From: Candidatus Aminicenantes bacterium
Lineage (GTDB): Bacteria > Acidobacteriota > Aminicenantia > Aminicenantales > JAFGBC01
Assembly: GCA_963702005.1 (NCBI GenBank)
Contig: OY969696.1
Coordinates: 1,248,001-1,312,000 of the forward strand
DNA length: 64,000 nucleotides
Direction of reading: 5' to 3'
A model generated the notes under the pieces. It was not told where the DNA came from. It ran no database searches and saw nothing but the letters and a program-made list of their open reading frames with translations. A program made the translations under genes and the position numbers. Numbering within the stretch: the first letter of the stretch is position 1; the number at the start of each line of letters is the position of its first letter. Shown piece after piece: positions 29,401-38,675 of this stretch.

Positions 29401-31015
29401 GGAGAAACTCCGTCTCGACCTGCTGATCGAAAACGCGCCGGAGGCCATCGCCGTCGTCGACCGGAACCATGTCATCACCCGCGTCAATGACGAGTTCGTC
29501 CGCATGTTCGGGTGTACGGCAGAGGAAACGGTCGGCCACAATATCGACGAGGTTGTTTCCTCGAAGGAGACGAGGAGCGAGGCCCAAGGCTATTCGATGG
29601 AACTCTCTCAAGGGAAGGCCGTCGCCTTCGAAGGCTTCCGAACCCGGAAGGACGGGACGTCCTTCGCCGTCTCCGGCATCGGCGCCCCGATTCGAGTCGA
29701 AGGACAAATCCTGGGCTATTTCGCGATCTATCGGGACATCACGGACCGGAAGAAGGCCGAGGAGGCCCTGCAGCGCCGGGCGGCCCAGGCGGCTCTTATC
29801 AACCGGGTCGGCCAGCGGGTCGGCCGCACGCTCGAGATCGGCCCCCTCTTCCAGGAGACCGTGGATGCCGTCCACGAGGCGTTCCAATACCAGGGCGTTC
29901 ATCTTTTCCTGCTGGACGCTTCCCGACCGAAGTTGAATCTTCAGGCCGTCGCCGGGGCCTACCGCGCCCTGTTCCGCGACGCGGACGGGTTGGCGGTCGG
30001 AGAAGGGATTATCGGGACCGCCTTTTCCCAGAGCCGGTCGATCAACTCCGGCGACGTGAGCCGAGACCCGCACTACGTGCGCGTGGCGACGGAAAACACG
30101 CATTCCGAATTGGCCGTCCCGATCCGGAGCAGGGACAGCATCATCGGCGTTTTGGACCTTCAGAGCGCGACCCCGGACGCCTTCGACGAGACCGATGTCT
30201 CGGCCATGGAGACGTTGAGCGCCCAGATCGGGTCGGCCATCGCCAACGCCCGCCTCTACGCGGAGGTCCAGCAGGAGCTGGCCGAGCGGACGCGGATGGA
30301 GAAGATGCTCAAGGGCCTTACCGACGACCTGGCCCGGTCCAACAAAGAGCTGGAGCAATTCGCCTATGTCGCCTCCCACGACCTCCAGGAGCCGCTCCGG
30401 ATGGTCGGAAGCTACGTCCAGCTCCTGGCCCGCCGCTACAAGGGGAAGATCGATCAGGACGCCGACGATTTCATCAACTTCGCAGTCGACGGCGCGGCCC
30501 GGATGCAGAATATGATCAACGACCTGCTGGCCTACTCGCGGGTCGGGACCCGGAGCAAGCCGTTTGTCCAGGCCGACCTGGAGAAAGTCCTCAACCGGGC
30601 CCTGATGAACCTCCAGGTCGCCATCGCCGAGAAAAGCGCCGTCGTCAACCACGACCCGCTCCCGAGCCTGACCGGGGACGAGACGCAGCTCATCCAGCTC
30701 TTCCAGAATCTCGTCGGAAACGCCATCAAATTCCAGGACAAGTCCAAGGGCGCTCCGGTCGTTCATATCGGAGCCGTCTCGCGCGACGGGGAATGGGTCT
30801 TCTCGGTCCGGGACAACGGGATCGGCATCGAGCCTCAGTATCTGGAGAGGATCTTTCATATTTTCGAGCGTCTTCACCGGGACAGCGAATACGCCGGGAC
30901 CGGCATCGGCCTGGCCCTCTGCAAGAGGATCGTCGAGCGCCACGGCGGCCGGATCTGGGTCGAATCGGAGCCCGGGCGGGGATCGACGTTTCTGTTTACG
31001 ATACCCAATCGCTAA
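26429..31015 (+). CDS. Sensor histidine kinase: beta-propeller (Reg_prop) + YYY + TM + 2 PAS + GAF + HisKA/HATPase
   Basis: Repeated LWVGT..GGL.RFD blades, YAYRLE..YANLPSG.YVF, tandem PAS, H-box [27 protein letters not shown] and GTGIGL. Confidence 0.92.
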   Translation: MTAQRKILSVLLLAALVPGLQSQETGPRFRRYGSETGISQNDINTILQDRRGFIWLGTQDGLNRFDGIQFKIFRPLAGDSFSLSSQYIQSAVEGREGRLWLGTDGGGLNVYDPATERFSCYRHDPRSPASLAADRINTLFVDRQGRLWVGTSNGLDLFLPASGTFIHYKNNPRDTSSLGSDVVTCLHEDSSGTLWVGTDNGGLNRLDPRSGRFVRSFERMTVNAVLSQGDTGLWVGTDDGLIWMDRASGRIVTYRNDPERPDSLERGAVSSLVRDRAGNLWIGTDNGLDRMDPKTAAFIHYRNDPSYPTSLSSNLVHSILEDGAGGIWVGTGSGLNYFDPGAPAFAVIRDRSNDPNSRGMNNVWSFWEDEPGVMWIGTDAGLISLDRRTGLRTLLSYDPRNPGSLSDGAVRVIFKDRAGVLWAGTNGGGLNRFDPARRRFVHFRHDAADPGSLSNDTLRSILEDRRGNLWIATFGGLDRLDRSSNRFEHFRHDPADPGSLSDDRVYTLFEDRAGTLWVGTWGGGLDRFDPASNRFDHFRHEPDNTASLGDNFIMSIREDASGVLWVGTRGGGLCRMDPGRKTFKTYGIGEGLPNNVIYAILCDGAGNLWMSHNRGLSRFTPKSGAVKTYGVSDGLQSLEFNANACFKTRSGEMFFGGINGSNAFVPDAIKTNTILPQIVISGLQVFNKPVPIGPDPEGRTILDRSIVEADTIRLSYKDHVVTFEFAALHFAAPDKNEYAYRLEELETNWNQAGNRRFATYANLPSGRYVFHVIGSNNDGLWNERGASLAVWISPPFWKRRLVQGLALAIVLGALAAAVRTRTRRLVESKKRLEAKVEVRTAELKATTVKIQEEAAERRRAEDALRREKLYLDLLIENAPEAIVITGEGHKIVRINREFTRMFGYEPEEAIGRNIDDVVSTEESKQEAQNFTRELSRGRRIAFESVRRRKDGAPFHVSAIGAPICSEERTFGYFAMYRDITDRKRAEEALRKEKLRLDLLIENAPEAIAVVDRNHVITRVNDEFVRMFGCTAEETVGHNIDEVVSSKETRSEAQGYSMELSQGKAVAFEGFRTRKDGTSFAVSGIGAPIRVEGQILGYFAIYRDITDRKKAEEALQRRAAQAALINRVGQRVGRTLEIGPLFQETVDAVHEAFQYQGVHLFLLDASRPKLNLQAVAGAYRALFRDADGLAVGEGIIGTAFSQSRSINSGDVSRDPHYVRVATENTHSELAVPIRSRDSIIGVLDLQSATPDAFDETDVSAMETLSAQIGSAIANARLYAEVQQELAERTRMEKMLKGLTDDLARSNKELEQFAYVASHDLQEPLRMVGSYVQLLARRYKGKIDQDADDFINFAVDGAARMQNMINDLLAYSRVGTRSKPFVQADLEKVLNRALMNLQVAIAEKSAVVNHDPLPSLTGDETQLIQLFQNLVGNAIKFQDKSKGAPVVHIGAVSRDGEWVFSVRDNGIGIEPQYLERIFHIFERLHRDSEYAGTGIGLALCKRIVERHGGRIWVESEPGRGSTFLFTIPNR

Positions 31016-31029
31016 GGGGAAGGAGGACT

Positions 31030-31476
31030 ATGCTGGACTCAACGCAAGGGAAGCCGGTAGAGATTCTTCTCGTCGAGGACAATCCGGGGGACGCGCGCCT
31101 GGCCCTGGAAGCCCTCAAGGAATGCAAGATGAGGAATAGCGTCCATATCATCCACGACGGCCTCGAGGCCCTGCGCTTCCTCCTCCAAGAAGGGAGCTAC
31201 GCCGAGGCCCCCCGGCCCGACCTCATCCTGCTCGACTTGAACCTGCCCAAGATGGACGGGCGGGAGGTCCTGAGCCGGATCAAGGCCGACTCCCGCTTCC
31301 GCCGCATCCCGGTCGTCATCCTGACGACCTCCAAGGCCGAAGAGGACATCATGAGGACCTACGACCTCCACGCCAACTGCTACATCACCAAGCCGGTCGA
31401 CATCGACCAGTTCATCCAGGTCGTCAAAAAGATCGAGGACTTCTGGTTCACGATCGTCAAGCTTCCGTCCGAATAG
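31030..31476 (+). CDS. Single-domain response regulator (Rcp1-like)
   Basis: [37 protein letters not shown] and FWFTIV tail; SD AGGAGG. Confidence 0.93.
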   Translation: MLDSTQGKPVEILLVEDNPGDARLALEALKECKMRNSVHIIHDGLEALRFLLQEGSYAEAPRPDLILLDLNLPKMDGREVLSRIKADSRFRRIPVVILTTSKAEEDIMRTYDLHANCYITKPVDIDQFIQVVKKIEDFWFTIVKLPSE

Positions 31477-31484
31477 GATTCGCC

Positions 31485-32366
31485 ATGAATAGCAAACCCA
31501 TCAAGCTTTTTCTTGTCGAAGACAATCCCGGCGACGCCCGGCTGATCCGGGAGATGCTGGCCGAGATCCCCAACATCCGGTTCACGCTCGAGCAGGTCGA
31601 ACGTCTCGAGGAAGCCCTCAAGAGGCTGACCGGCGGCGAGGAGGTCGACGTCGTCCTGCTCGACCTGTCCCTCCCCGACAGCCGGGGCCTCGAGACTTTC
31701 AACCGTTTTCATGACGCCTTCAAGGAGCCGCCCCCGATCATCGTCCTGACCGGGCTCGACGACGAGACGGTCGGCGTCAGCGCCGTTCAGGGCGGGGCCC
31801 AGGACTACCTCGTCAAGGGACGGGTTGACGGGAATCTGCTGGCCCGCTCGGTCCGCTTCGCGATCGAACGGCAGCGGATGGTCAAGGAGCTCAAGCTCCT
31901 GTCCGTCACGGACGAGCTGACCGGGCTCTACAATCGCCGCGGATTCGTGACCTTCGGCGGGGAGCTCCTCAAGCTGGGGCGGCGGATCAGCACCCAGGTC
32001 TTCCTCATCTACGCCGACCTGGACAAGATGAAATGGATCAACGACACGCTGGGCCACGCCGAGGGAGATAAGGCCCTCAAGGAGATCGCCGCCATCCTCC
32101 GCAAGGCCTACCGGGAGACGGACATCATCGCCCGGATCGGCGGGGATGAGTTCGTCGTCATGGGGATTCTGGCCAGCGGGATCCCGGTCGAGGTCCTGGC
32201 CGACCGGCTGAAGGGGCAGGTTGAAATCCACAACGAAAAAAGGCCCGACCCCTACCGGCTGTCCCTGAGCGTCGGGGCCGCTTCTTATCCGATCGGGGCC
32301 TTCATGAACGTCGACGACCTGCTCCAGAAGGCCGACGAAATGATGTACGAGCAGAAGCGAAAGTAG
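31485..32366 (+). CDS. REC-GGDEF diguanylate cyclase
   Basis: REC domain (LLDLSLPD), DELTGLYNRR, I-site RETD and intact GGDEF. Confidence 0.93.
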   Translation: MNSKPIKLFLVEDNPGDARLIREMLAEIPNIRFTLEQVERLEEALKRLTGGEEVDVVLLDLSLPDSRGLETFNRFHDAFKEPPPIIVLTGLDDETVGVSAVQGGAQDYLVKGRVDGNLLARSVRFAIERQRMVKELKLLSVTDELTGLYNRRGFVTFGGELLKLGRRISTQVFLIYADLDKMKWINDTLGHAEGDKALKEIAAILRKAYRETDIIARIGGDEFVVMGILASGIPVEVLADRLKGQVEIHNEKRPDPYRLSLSVGAASYPIGAFMNVDDLLQKADEMMYEQKRK

Positions 32367-32382
32367 ATCTGACGGGCGCGCC

Positions 32383-35300
32383 TCAGCGCCGCGCCCGTCC
32401 CGTCCGCGAGCCGGCCGCGAGCGGAAACGCGATCACGACCTCGGTCCCGGCTTTGCTTCCCAGCGTTATCGTCCCCCCCAGCTGGGCGACCAGGCCGATG
32501 ACGATCTGCATGCCGAGCGACTTCGTCCTCCTGTAATTCAACCCCGGAGGAAAGCCGACGCCGTCATCCCGGACGGTCAGATGGACCATTCCGTCGGTGC
32601 CGGCCTCTAAGGCGACGAGGATCTGGCCGGTCCGGGCGCCGGGGAAGGCGTGCTTGAGGGCGTTCGAGACGAGCTCGTTGATGATGAGGCCGCAGGGGAT
32701 GGCCTGGTTGATGTTGAGGGGCGTCCGTCCCAGCCGGAGCTTCAGACGAATCCGCTTCGGGTCCGCCTTGTAGAGACTGAACAGCTGGCCGGTCAGCTTT
32801 TGGATATAGATGGCGAAATCGACCCGGGCCAGATCCTTGGACTGGTAGAGGCTTTCGTGGACGAGGGCCATCGACCGGATCCGGCCCTGGCTGGCCAGGA
32901 AGGGCTCCCGGGCGGGCCCGTCGGTCGTGGAGTGCGACTGAAGGCGCAGCAGACTCGAGATGACCTGGAGGTTGTTCTTGACCCGGTGGTGGATCTCCTT
33001 GAGGAGGAACTCCTTCTCGCGCAGGGCGGCCTTGAGCTTGTCATCGGCCCGCTTCTGCTCGGTGATGTCCTCGATGATGCCGCTGATGTACTCGATGCCG
33101 CCCTGGCGGGCGGTGATGACCGTACCCGTGTCGCGGACCTGGAGGAGCCGGCCCTGCCGGGTCCTGAAACGGAGCTCGCTCGAGACGGTTCCGCCCTTGG
33201 CCTTCCAGAGCGCGATCAGTCGGCCTCGGTCCTCCGGATCCGCGAAGGCCGCGACGGCCGAGGTCTTCATCAAGTCCTCGACGCTCTTGTAGCCCAGGAT
33301 GGCGGCCAGGGCGGGGTTCGCGTACAGGATTCGGCCGTCGAGAGTGGTCCGGTAGACGCCGACCGGGATCTGGGAGGCCAGGGACCGGTACTTGTCTTCG
33401 CTCTCACGGAGCGCTTGCTCGGTCCGGCGGCGTTCGGCGACCTCCCGTTCGAGTTGATCGTTCGTAGCCCGTAGGGCCCGGGTCCGCTGATCGACGCGGA
33501 CCTCGAGCGTCCGGGCCTGCTCCCGAATGGCGAAGGTTCGGATCCGGTAGATGATAAGAAGCAAGACGAGGGCCGTCAGCAGGACGAGGAGCCTGAACTC
33601 CCGCCGGCCCCAGAAGGGGGGAATGATCCGGATGCGGAGAAAGACGCCCTTCTCGTTCCAGACTCCATCGTTATTGGAGGCTTTGACCCGGAAGACGTAG
33701 GATCCCGAAGGCAGGGCCGTGTAGGTCGCATAGCGGCGGTTCCCGACCAGGTTCCATTCAAGGTCGAATCCCTCCATCTTGTAAGCGTAGCGGTTCTTTT
33801 CGGGGGCCGCGTAGTGAAGGGCCGCGAACTCGAAGCTGATGACCCTCTCCCGCTGGGAGAGACGGATCTCGCTCGTCTCGGTAATGGCCGCCGTCAGAAG
33901 AGGCGGGCGACTGCCCCGAGGGCCGATCGGAACGGAACGGTTCGAGATGAGCAGATCGGTCAGGACGACCTCGGGCGGATAAGGATTGTCCCGAATTCGG
34001 TCCGGGTCGAAGACGTTGAAGCCGTTGATGCCGCCGAAGTACATGAGGCCGTCCCGGCTCAGGAGCAGGGCGCCGCTGTTGAACTCGTTGCTCTGGAGAC
34101 CGTCGCGGAGGTCGAAGTTACGGAAGGTTCGCGTCCGGGGGTCGAACCGGGACAGCCCCCGGTTCGTGCTCATCCAGAGCAGACCCCGGTCGTCCTCGAT
34201 GATCCCGTAGACGGTGTCGTTGGGGAGGCCGTCTTTTTCCCGGAAATGCTCGAACGTCCCGGCCGCGGGGCCGAAGCGGTTGAGCCCGCCCGCCGTGCAG
34301 ACCCAGAGGACGCCGGCCCGGTCTTGGAACAGGGAAAGGACTTCATTGTGGCTGAGGCTCGAGGGATTTCCGGGATCATTGAGATAACGGACCCAGGCGC
34401 CCGACGTCCGGTCGAGACGGTTCAAGCCGTTCTGAGTTCCGGCCCAGAGCGTCCCGGCCGCGTCCAGGAGGAGGGCGAAGATGGCGTTGCCGCTGAGGCT
34501 GGCCGGATCGTCGGGGTTGTTCCGATGGAGGGCGAGGCTTCGGCGGTCGGGGGCAAGCTCGAATAAGCCGTCCCGTGTCCCGACCCAAAGGCGCTTTTGG
34601 GGATCTTCCAGAAGGGCGTAGATGGGGCTGCGGCCCGATTGGCGGGACGCGCCCGTCCCGAGCTCGAACAGCCGGAACCGGCCGAAGACCGGATCGAACC
34701 GGTTGAGGCCGCCGTAAGTTCCCACCCAGCTCGTTCCCGACCGATCCCTGAGGTAGGCCATGACCAGGTCATTGCTGATGGAGCCCGGGTCGGCCGGATC
34801 ATGCCGGTAGGCGATGAAGGTCCCCCGCGCCCGGTTGAACCTGCTCAGGCCGCCGGCGTAGGTCCCGATCCAGACGGCCCCGCTGTCGTCCTCCTGGATC
34901 ATCATGACCTGATTATTGTCGAGGCTGGTTGGGTCTCCGGGGATATTCCGGTAGTGGAGGAACGGTTTCCGCTCTTTGTCCAGTTTATTAAGGCCGAGGC
35001 GGGTTCCGACCCAAAGGAGCTTCGAACGGTCTTCGTAGATGGAGCTGACGTCGTTATCGCTGAGGCTGTTCGGGTCCAAGAACGCTCTTTGATGCCGGAG
35101 GAAGCGCCCGCCGGCCGGGACGAATTCGTCGAGCCCGCCCGAGGTCCCGATCCACAGCGTCCCTGAGCTGTCCTCGAACAGGGCGTTGACCTTGTCGGCG
35201 CTCAAGCTCGAGGGGTCCCAGGGGTTGGGACGGTAAACGGTGAAACGCCGCCGGTTTCGGTCGAGGGCGCACAGGCCGCTGTCCGTCCCGACCCAAAGGA

Positions 35301-36060
35301 CTCCGTTGCGGTCCTCCAAGATCGTCGCCACGGAATCGGCGATCAGGCTGGCCGGGTCCGAAGGATCGTGCCGGCGATGGACGAAGACTTCCATATCCCG
35401 GTCGAACATGTCGAGGCCCCCGCCGCCCGTCGCTATCCAGAGGGTCCCGGACCGGTCCTCGAGGATGTCCCGCACGGAATTGTGGATGAGGCTGGTTGGA
35501 TCGGCCGGACTATGCCGGTAACGGGTCAGCCGCCGGCGCGACGGGTCGAGCTTATCGAGGCCGCCGTCGTTCGTCCCGATCCATAGGTTTCCGTCGCCGT
35601 CCTCGATGACGGCCGTGATGAAATCGCTGCTGAGGCTGTTCGGATCGGTCGGGTTATGACGGAAGTGGATGAAGCGTTCCCGGTTCGGATCGTAGCGGTC
35701 GAGGCCTCCGCCGTTCGTGGCCACCCAGACCGTTCCGGAGCGGTCTCGACACAGGGCCGTGATGTGGTTGTAGCTGAGGCTGTCGGGATCATCCGGATCG
35801 TGCTTGAAGATCCTGAACCCGGCTCCGTCATAGCGGTTGAGGCCGTCCTCGGTCCCGAACCACATGAAGCCCCGGGAGTCCTGAACAATGGCGTTGACGG
35901 CGCTTTGGGACAGCCCGCCCTCGATGCCGAGCCGCTCGAATTTTGCCGTCTGGGCTCGTCCGGCTGCCGCCCCCGATAGGCAGGCCGCCAGGCAGAGCAG
36001 GAACGGAAGGGTAGGGCGAAATGGGCCGCGTCGCGTTTCCATGCGAACCAATACAGACAC
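32383..36060 (-). CDS. Sensor histidine kinase: beta-propeller + YYY + TM + PAS + HisKA_2/HATPase
   Basis: Propeller repeats, YAYKMEG..YTALPSG, EIHHRVKNNLQ, NELVSNALKHAF and DDGVG. The start may be 36042. Confidence 0.92.
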   Translation of the reverse strand: MSVLVRMETRRGPFRPTLPFLLCLAACLSGAAAGRAQTAKFERLGIEGGLSQSAVNAIVQDSRGFMWFGTEDGLNRYDGAGFRIFKHDPDDPDSLSYNHITALCRDRSGTVWVATNGGGLDRYDPNRERFIHFRHNPTDPNSLSSDFITAVIEDGDGNLWIGTNDGGLDKLDPSRRRLTRYRHSPADPTSLIHNSVRDILEDRSGTLWIATGGGGLDMFDRDMEVFVHRRHDPSDPASLIADSVATILEDRNGVLWVGTDSGLCALDRNRRRFTVYRPNPWDPSSLSADKVNALFEDSSGTLWIGTSGGLDEFVPAGGRFLRHQRAFLDPNSLSDNDVSSIYEDRSKLLWVGTRLGLNKLDKERKPFLHYRNIPGDPTSLDNNQVMMIQEDDSGAVWIGTYAGGLSRFNRARGTFIAYRHDPADPGSISNDLVMAYLRDRSGTSWVGTYGGLNRFDPVFGRFRLFELGTGASRQSGRSPIYALLEDPQKRLWVGTRDGLFELAPDRRSLALHRNNPDDPASLSGNAIFALLLDAAGTLWAGTQNGLNRLDRTSGAWVRYLNDPGNPSSLSHNEVLSLFQDRAGVLWVCTAGGLNRFGPAAGTFEHFREKDGLPNDTVYGIIEDDRGLLWMSTNRGLSRFDPRTRTFRNFDLRDGLQSNEFNSGALLLSRDGLMYFGGINGFNVFDPDRIRDNPYPPEVVLTDLLISNRSVPIGPRGSRPPLLTAAITETSEIRLSQRERVISFEFAALHYAAPEKNRYAYKMEGFDLEWNLVGNRRYATYTALPSGSYVFRVKASNNDGVWNEKGVFLRIRIIPPFWGRREFRLLVLLTALVLLLIIYRIRTFAIREQARTLEVRVDQRTRALRATNDQLEREVAERRRTEQALRESEDKYRSLASQIPVGVYRTTLDGRILYANPALAAILGYKSVEDLMKTSAVAAFADPEDRGRLIALWKAKGGTVSSELRFRTRQGRLLQVRDTGTVITARQGGIEYISGIIEDITEQKRADDKLKAALREKEFLLKEIHHRVKNNLQVISSLLRLQSHSTTDGPAREPFLASQGRIRSMALVHESLYQSKDLARVDFAIYIQKLTGQLFSLYKADPKRIRLKLRLGRTPLNINQAIPCGLIINELVSNALKHAFPGARTGQILVALEAGTDGMVHLTVRDDGVGFPPGLNYRRTKSLGMQIVIGLVAQLGGTITLGSKAGTEVVIAFPLAAGSRTGRARR

Positions 36061-36215
36061 TTCACTCGTCCATAGGAGGAGCGGCCCGACCTTATCACAG
36101 GCTCGGGGTCGCCTCCATAGCCTTTAAGGGTGAAAAGAGGGGTGAATTCTGGGCTCAAATCTCACCCCGATCCCGGATGGACGAGGTGGTCGCGGACCAG
36201 CGGCGTTCAGGGCCG

Positions 36216-37715
36216 CTATTTCTTGGGGAAAAACTTGTCCAGGACCTCCTGGGACGGCTTTTTGGTGAAGGCCGAGACGACGACTAAGCTGAGGATGACG
36301 ACGGCCAGCGCCGGATAGAGGATGGGGATGCCGAACGGATCGCCGTTCGGGTCGCCGACCGGCCTGATGATGGACGGCCAGATGGAGCCGGCCAGCTTGA
36401 GGAAGAGGGTCACCATGGTCCCCAGCACGATCGAGACGACCCCGGCCATCTTGGTCACCCTCTTCGAGACGAGGGCCGCCAGCAGCGCCGGCGTGATGGC
36501 GACGCCGTAGATCGTATAGGCGAAGTATGCGTTCTCCAGGACGGAGCGCATCCGCCAGGCCAGGAAGAAGGCCACGATCCCGACGATGACGATGAGCCCC
36601 TTCTGGATCCAGATTAAGCTCTTTTCCGAGGCGGCCTTGTCGTCCCCGGCGCTCTTCTTGCGCAGGAAGCGCTGGTAGATGTCGTGCATAAGGGTTGTTG
36701 TCGGGGAGAGAAGGTAGTTCATCCCGGTCGAGATGACGACGGCCGTGGCCGCGCCCAGGAGCATGACGCCGACCGGGAGCCAGATCATCCGCTTGGCGGC
36801 CTGGACGATGACGGCGGCGTGGTCCATGGTCCCGGCCTGGAGTTCGTTCCAGAAATAGGACGAGGCGAAGACGGCCATGACGACGGCGATGCCCTCGACG
36901 ATGATCGTCCCAACGACCCACAGGCCGGCCGCCTTGCGGGCTTCGGCCGGGTTACGGGCGCTGTAGAATTTCTGGTACAGGCTCTGGACGCCGAGGAGGA
37001 GGAGCATGGTCGAGATCCCGATGGCCGGTATCTTGAGCGCCGGGTTGGCGCCGAACGCGGGACTGACGACCGCAAAATGGGAAGGCGGCAGGACCGCTTT
37101 GATTCCGCTCCAGCCCTTGGCGGCCAGGATGACCAGCGGGGTGGCCAGGATGGTCGAGGTCAGGATGATGATCCCGTTGGGAAGGTCCGTATTGGCGATG
37201 GCGATCATCCCGCCGATGAACACAAACAGGATGACGAAGGCGGCCGACATGAACAAGCCCTGATCCTTGGAAATGGCCCCGTCCGAGATTGCGTTCAGGA
37301 TGTAGCCGCCGGCCTTGAACTGGTAGCTGACGATGACGGTGAAGCTGACGATGATGGCCAAGGCGCCGAAGACGCGGGCGACCGGCCCATAGCGGACTTC
37401 GAGGATGTCTCCGACCGTGTACTGGCCGAAGGTCCGGATCTTGGCGGCCAGGAAGTAGATGATGATGATCCCGACCCAGGCGCCGGCCGGCTGCCACATG
37501 GCGCTCCAGCCGGCCTTGGCCGCGAACTCGGCGCCGGCGATGAAGGTTCCCGACCCGATCCAGGTGCAGATGAGGGTGAAGACGAGCTTGTAGACGTTGA
37601 TCCGACGTCCGGCCAGCATCATGTCGTCCTGGCTGCGGACGCGCCGCGACTTCCAGAAATTCATGATGGTCAAGGCGGCGATATAGCAGAGGATGATCAC
37701 GAAGTAGATGTTCAT
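36216..37715 (-). CDS. Sodium:solute symporter (SSS) family protein
   Basis: LAGR, TWIGSG, TVGDILEVRYG, YQKFYSA and about 13 TM segments; SD AAGGAG. Confidence 0.9.
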   Translation of the reverse strand: MNIYFVIILCYIAALTIMNFWKSRRVRSQDDMMLAGRRINVYKLVFTLICTWIGSGTFIAGAEFAAKAGWSAMWQPAGAWVGIIIIYFLAAKIRTFGQYTVGDILEVRYGPVARVFGALAIIVSFTVIVSYQFKAGGYILNAISDGAISKDQGLFMSAAFVILFVFIGGMIAIANTDLPNGIIILTSTILATPLVILAAKGWSGIKAVLPPSHFAVVSPAFGANPALKIPAIGISTMLLLLGVQSLYQKFYSARNPAEARKAAGLWVVGTIIVEGIAVVMAVFASSYFWNELQAGTMDHAAVIVQAAKRMIWLPVGVMLLGAATAVVISTGMNYLLSPTTTLMHDIYQRFLRKKSAGDDKAASEKSLIWIQKGLIVIVGIVAFFLAWRMRSVLENAYFAYTIYGVAITPALLAALVSKRVTKMAGVVSIVLGTMVTLFLKLAGSIWPSIIRPVGDPNGDPFGIPILYPALAVVILSLVVVSAFTKKPSQEVLDKFFPKK

Positions 37716-37807
37716 GCCTCACTCCTTATCCGAAGCCTATTCCGCATCGCGGCTAATATAGCATAAACCCGGAGGCGAGCCTCAGGGCTTTTTCGTTCGG
37801 ACCGGGC

Positions 37808-38671
37808 CTATTTCTTGACCGAGACGTCCTCCTTGCGGCCCATCTCCTTGTAGAGATCCCGGCGACCGGCTTTGTCCTGGTCCAGGATTTTGCGGGCGTA
37901 GGCGGCCACCGCCTCGGCCTTGGCCCGGGGTACGACGACGACGCCGTCGCCGTCGGCGACGATGACGTCCCCGGGGATGACCAGGACGCCTCCGCAGACG
38001 ATGGGCCTGTTCACGGATTCGATTTCATTCCGGCCGGGCCGGATGCCGCGGGCGGCCTTTTTCAGGTAGAGGGGGACCTGCTCGAGAATGACCTCGTCCG
38101 TGTCCCGGGCCGCCGCGCCGGTCACGACGCCGACGCAGCCTCGCTTATGCCAATCGAGGATGTTGTAGGACCCGATCGTCCCGACGTCCTGGGCGTCCTC
38201 GATGACGAGGGCCGTCCCCCTGCGGATGATCGGGATGAACAGCTCGCCGGACAGCTTGTCGTACCAGTCGCCCGCCCATTCGTCGTAGGCCTTGACGGGA
38301 AGGGCGCCGGCCGGCGGCCGCTGGGTGGGAACGTAGCGCGCGGTGACGGCGACTCCGGCGAACCGGTGCCGGAAGCGCTCTGTGTCCCGCCACAGGGGCT
38401 GGATGTCCGGATCCATCAGACCGATATCCTGGAGCCCGACGGCGTCCATGCCGTCGACGACATCGGCCACCCGCAAGCCTTTGAAGAGATCCAGAATCTT
38501 GAGGTCGTCAGCTTCGCTGGTGACGGTCGTTGGGATGAAATTCTTACCGCCGCGGAGTTCGGCCGCGGCGGCGGCTTTCTCCTGTGGGGCGCCTCCGGAC
38601 GCGGCCGGGCCTCCCAGGACCCCGACGATCGCCAAGAAACAAGAAACGGAGATCAAGGTTTGAGTTTTCAT
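37808..38671 (-). CDS. RraA/HMG-aldolase family protein with a signal peptide
   Basis: DVVDGMD, AVTARY, GAARDTDE and VIPGDVIVADGDGVVVVP; MKTQ..hydrophobic..AAS N-terminus; starts 4 nt after the GH9 stop. Confidence 0.82.
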   Translation of the reverse strand: MKTQTLISVSCFLAIVGVLGGPAASGGAPQEKAAAAAELRGGKNFIPTTVTSEADDLKILDLFKGLRVADVVDGMDAVGLQDIGLMDPDIQPLWRDTERFRHRFAGVAVTARYVPTQRPPAGALPVKAYDEWAGDWYDKLSGELFIPIIRRGTALVIEDAQDVGTIGSYNILDWHKRGCVGVVTGAAARDTDEVILEQVPLYLKKAARGIRPGRNEIESVNRPIVCGGVLVIPGDVIVADGDGVVVVPRAKAEAVAAYARKILDQDKAGRRDLYKEMGRKEDVSVKK

Positions 38672-38675
38672 TTCT

